Source: Blastocystis sp. Blastoise (taxonomy: Eukaryota > Protista > Bigyra: Opalinata). Taken from it: DNA of 64,000 bases. Both the position numbers and the translations under genes were made by a program. The stretch lies in NCBI GenBank assembly GCA_039096225.1, contig JBBPEB010000006.1, positions 806,001 through 870,000 on the forward strand, read 5' to 3'. This document shows, one piece after another, positions 63,763 to 64,000 of this stretch. Numbering within the stretch: the first letter of the stretch is position 1; each line of letters begins with the position of its first letter. Below the pieces are notes generated by a model that saw only the letters and a program-made list of their open reading frames with translations, searched no databases and had not been told where the DNA came from.

Positions 63763-64000
63763 TTTGTATACACAAGCAAATGAGCAATTCTTATTATGTA
63801 TGAATAGAAATAATATATTTTGATTTCAGAAATCTGGAAGTTCGTTTTATAAGAATGAAAAATAATCTGAAATATTTTAAGTCATTCTTATAATTTTTCA
63901 TTTATGAATAGAAAATAAAGGATTTATCAATCCATTGAAAATATATGGATATGTTATTTTATTAATTAATAGATGTATGAATGTAAGCAAAACAAATGAT

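Overview
Very AT-rich, intron-dense eukaryotic (protist-like) genomic DNA. All gene models below were spliced by hand, so internal exon borders are approximate. Host genes in order: 3' end of an unknown gene; a 4001-aa single-exon Asn-rich protein; MON2; a Man1/Src1 (MSC)-type inner nuclear membrane protein; a Mei2-like RRM protein; a bubblegum-type long-chain acyl-CoA synthetase with a frameshifted C-terminus; a small PH-like protein; an intronless MFS transporter; a head-to-head pair of small heat-shock proteins; a TEY MAP kinase; a DH-PH-FYVE RhoGEF; a coiled-coil protein; and glucosidase II beta. Two complete DNA transposons are present: a Tc1 (DD34E, 25-bp TIRs, TA TSD) and a 6.8-kb Mutator-like element (9-bp TSD). 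Most ORF-track entries are spurious read-throughs of (TA)n/(AAT)n microsatellites. The most unusual signals are: (1) a CpG-centred motif, TTCCCGYG[G/A], recurring about 25 times across exons (via rare codons), introns, promoters and transposon ends; (2) introns made almost entirely of GT(AT)nAG; (3) a perfect 4-unit heat-shock element inside the Tc1; (4) small HSPs carrying metallothionein-like Cys clusters.
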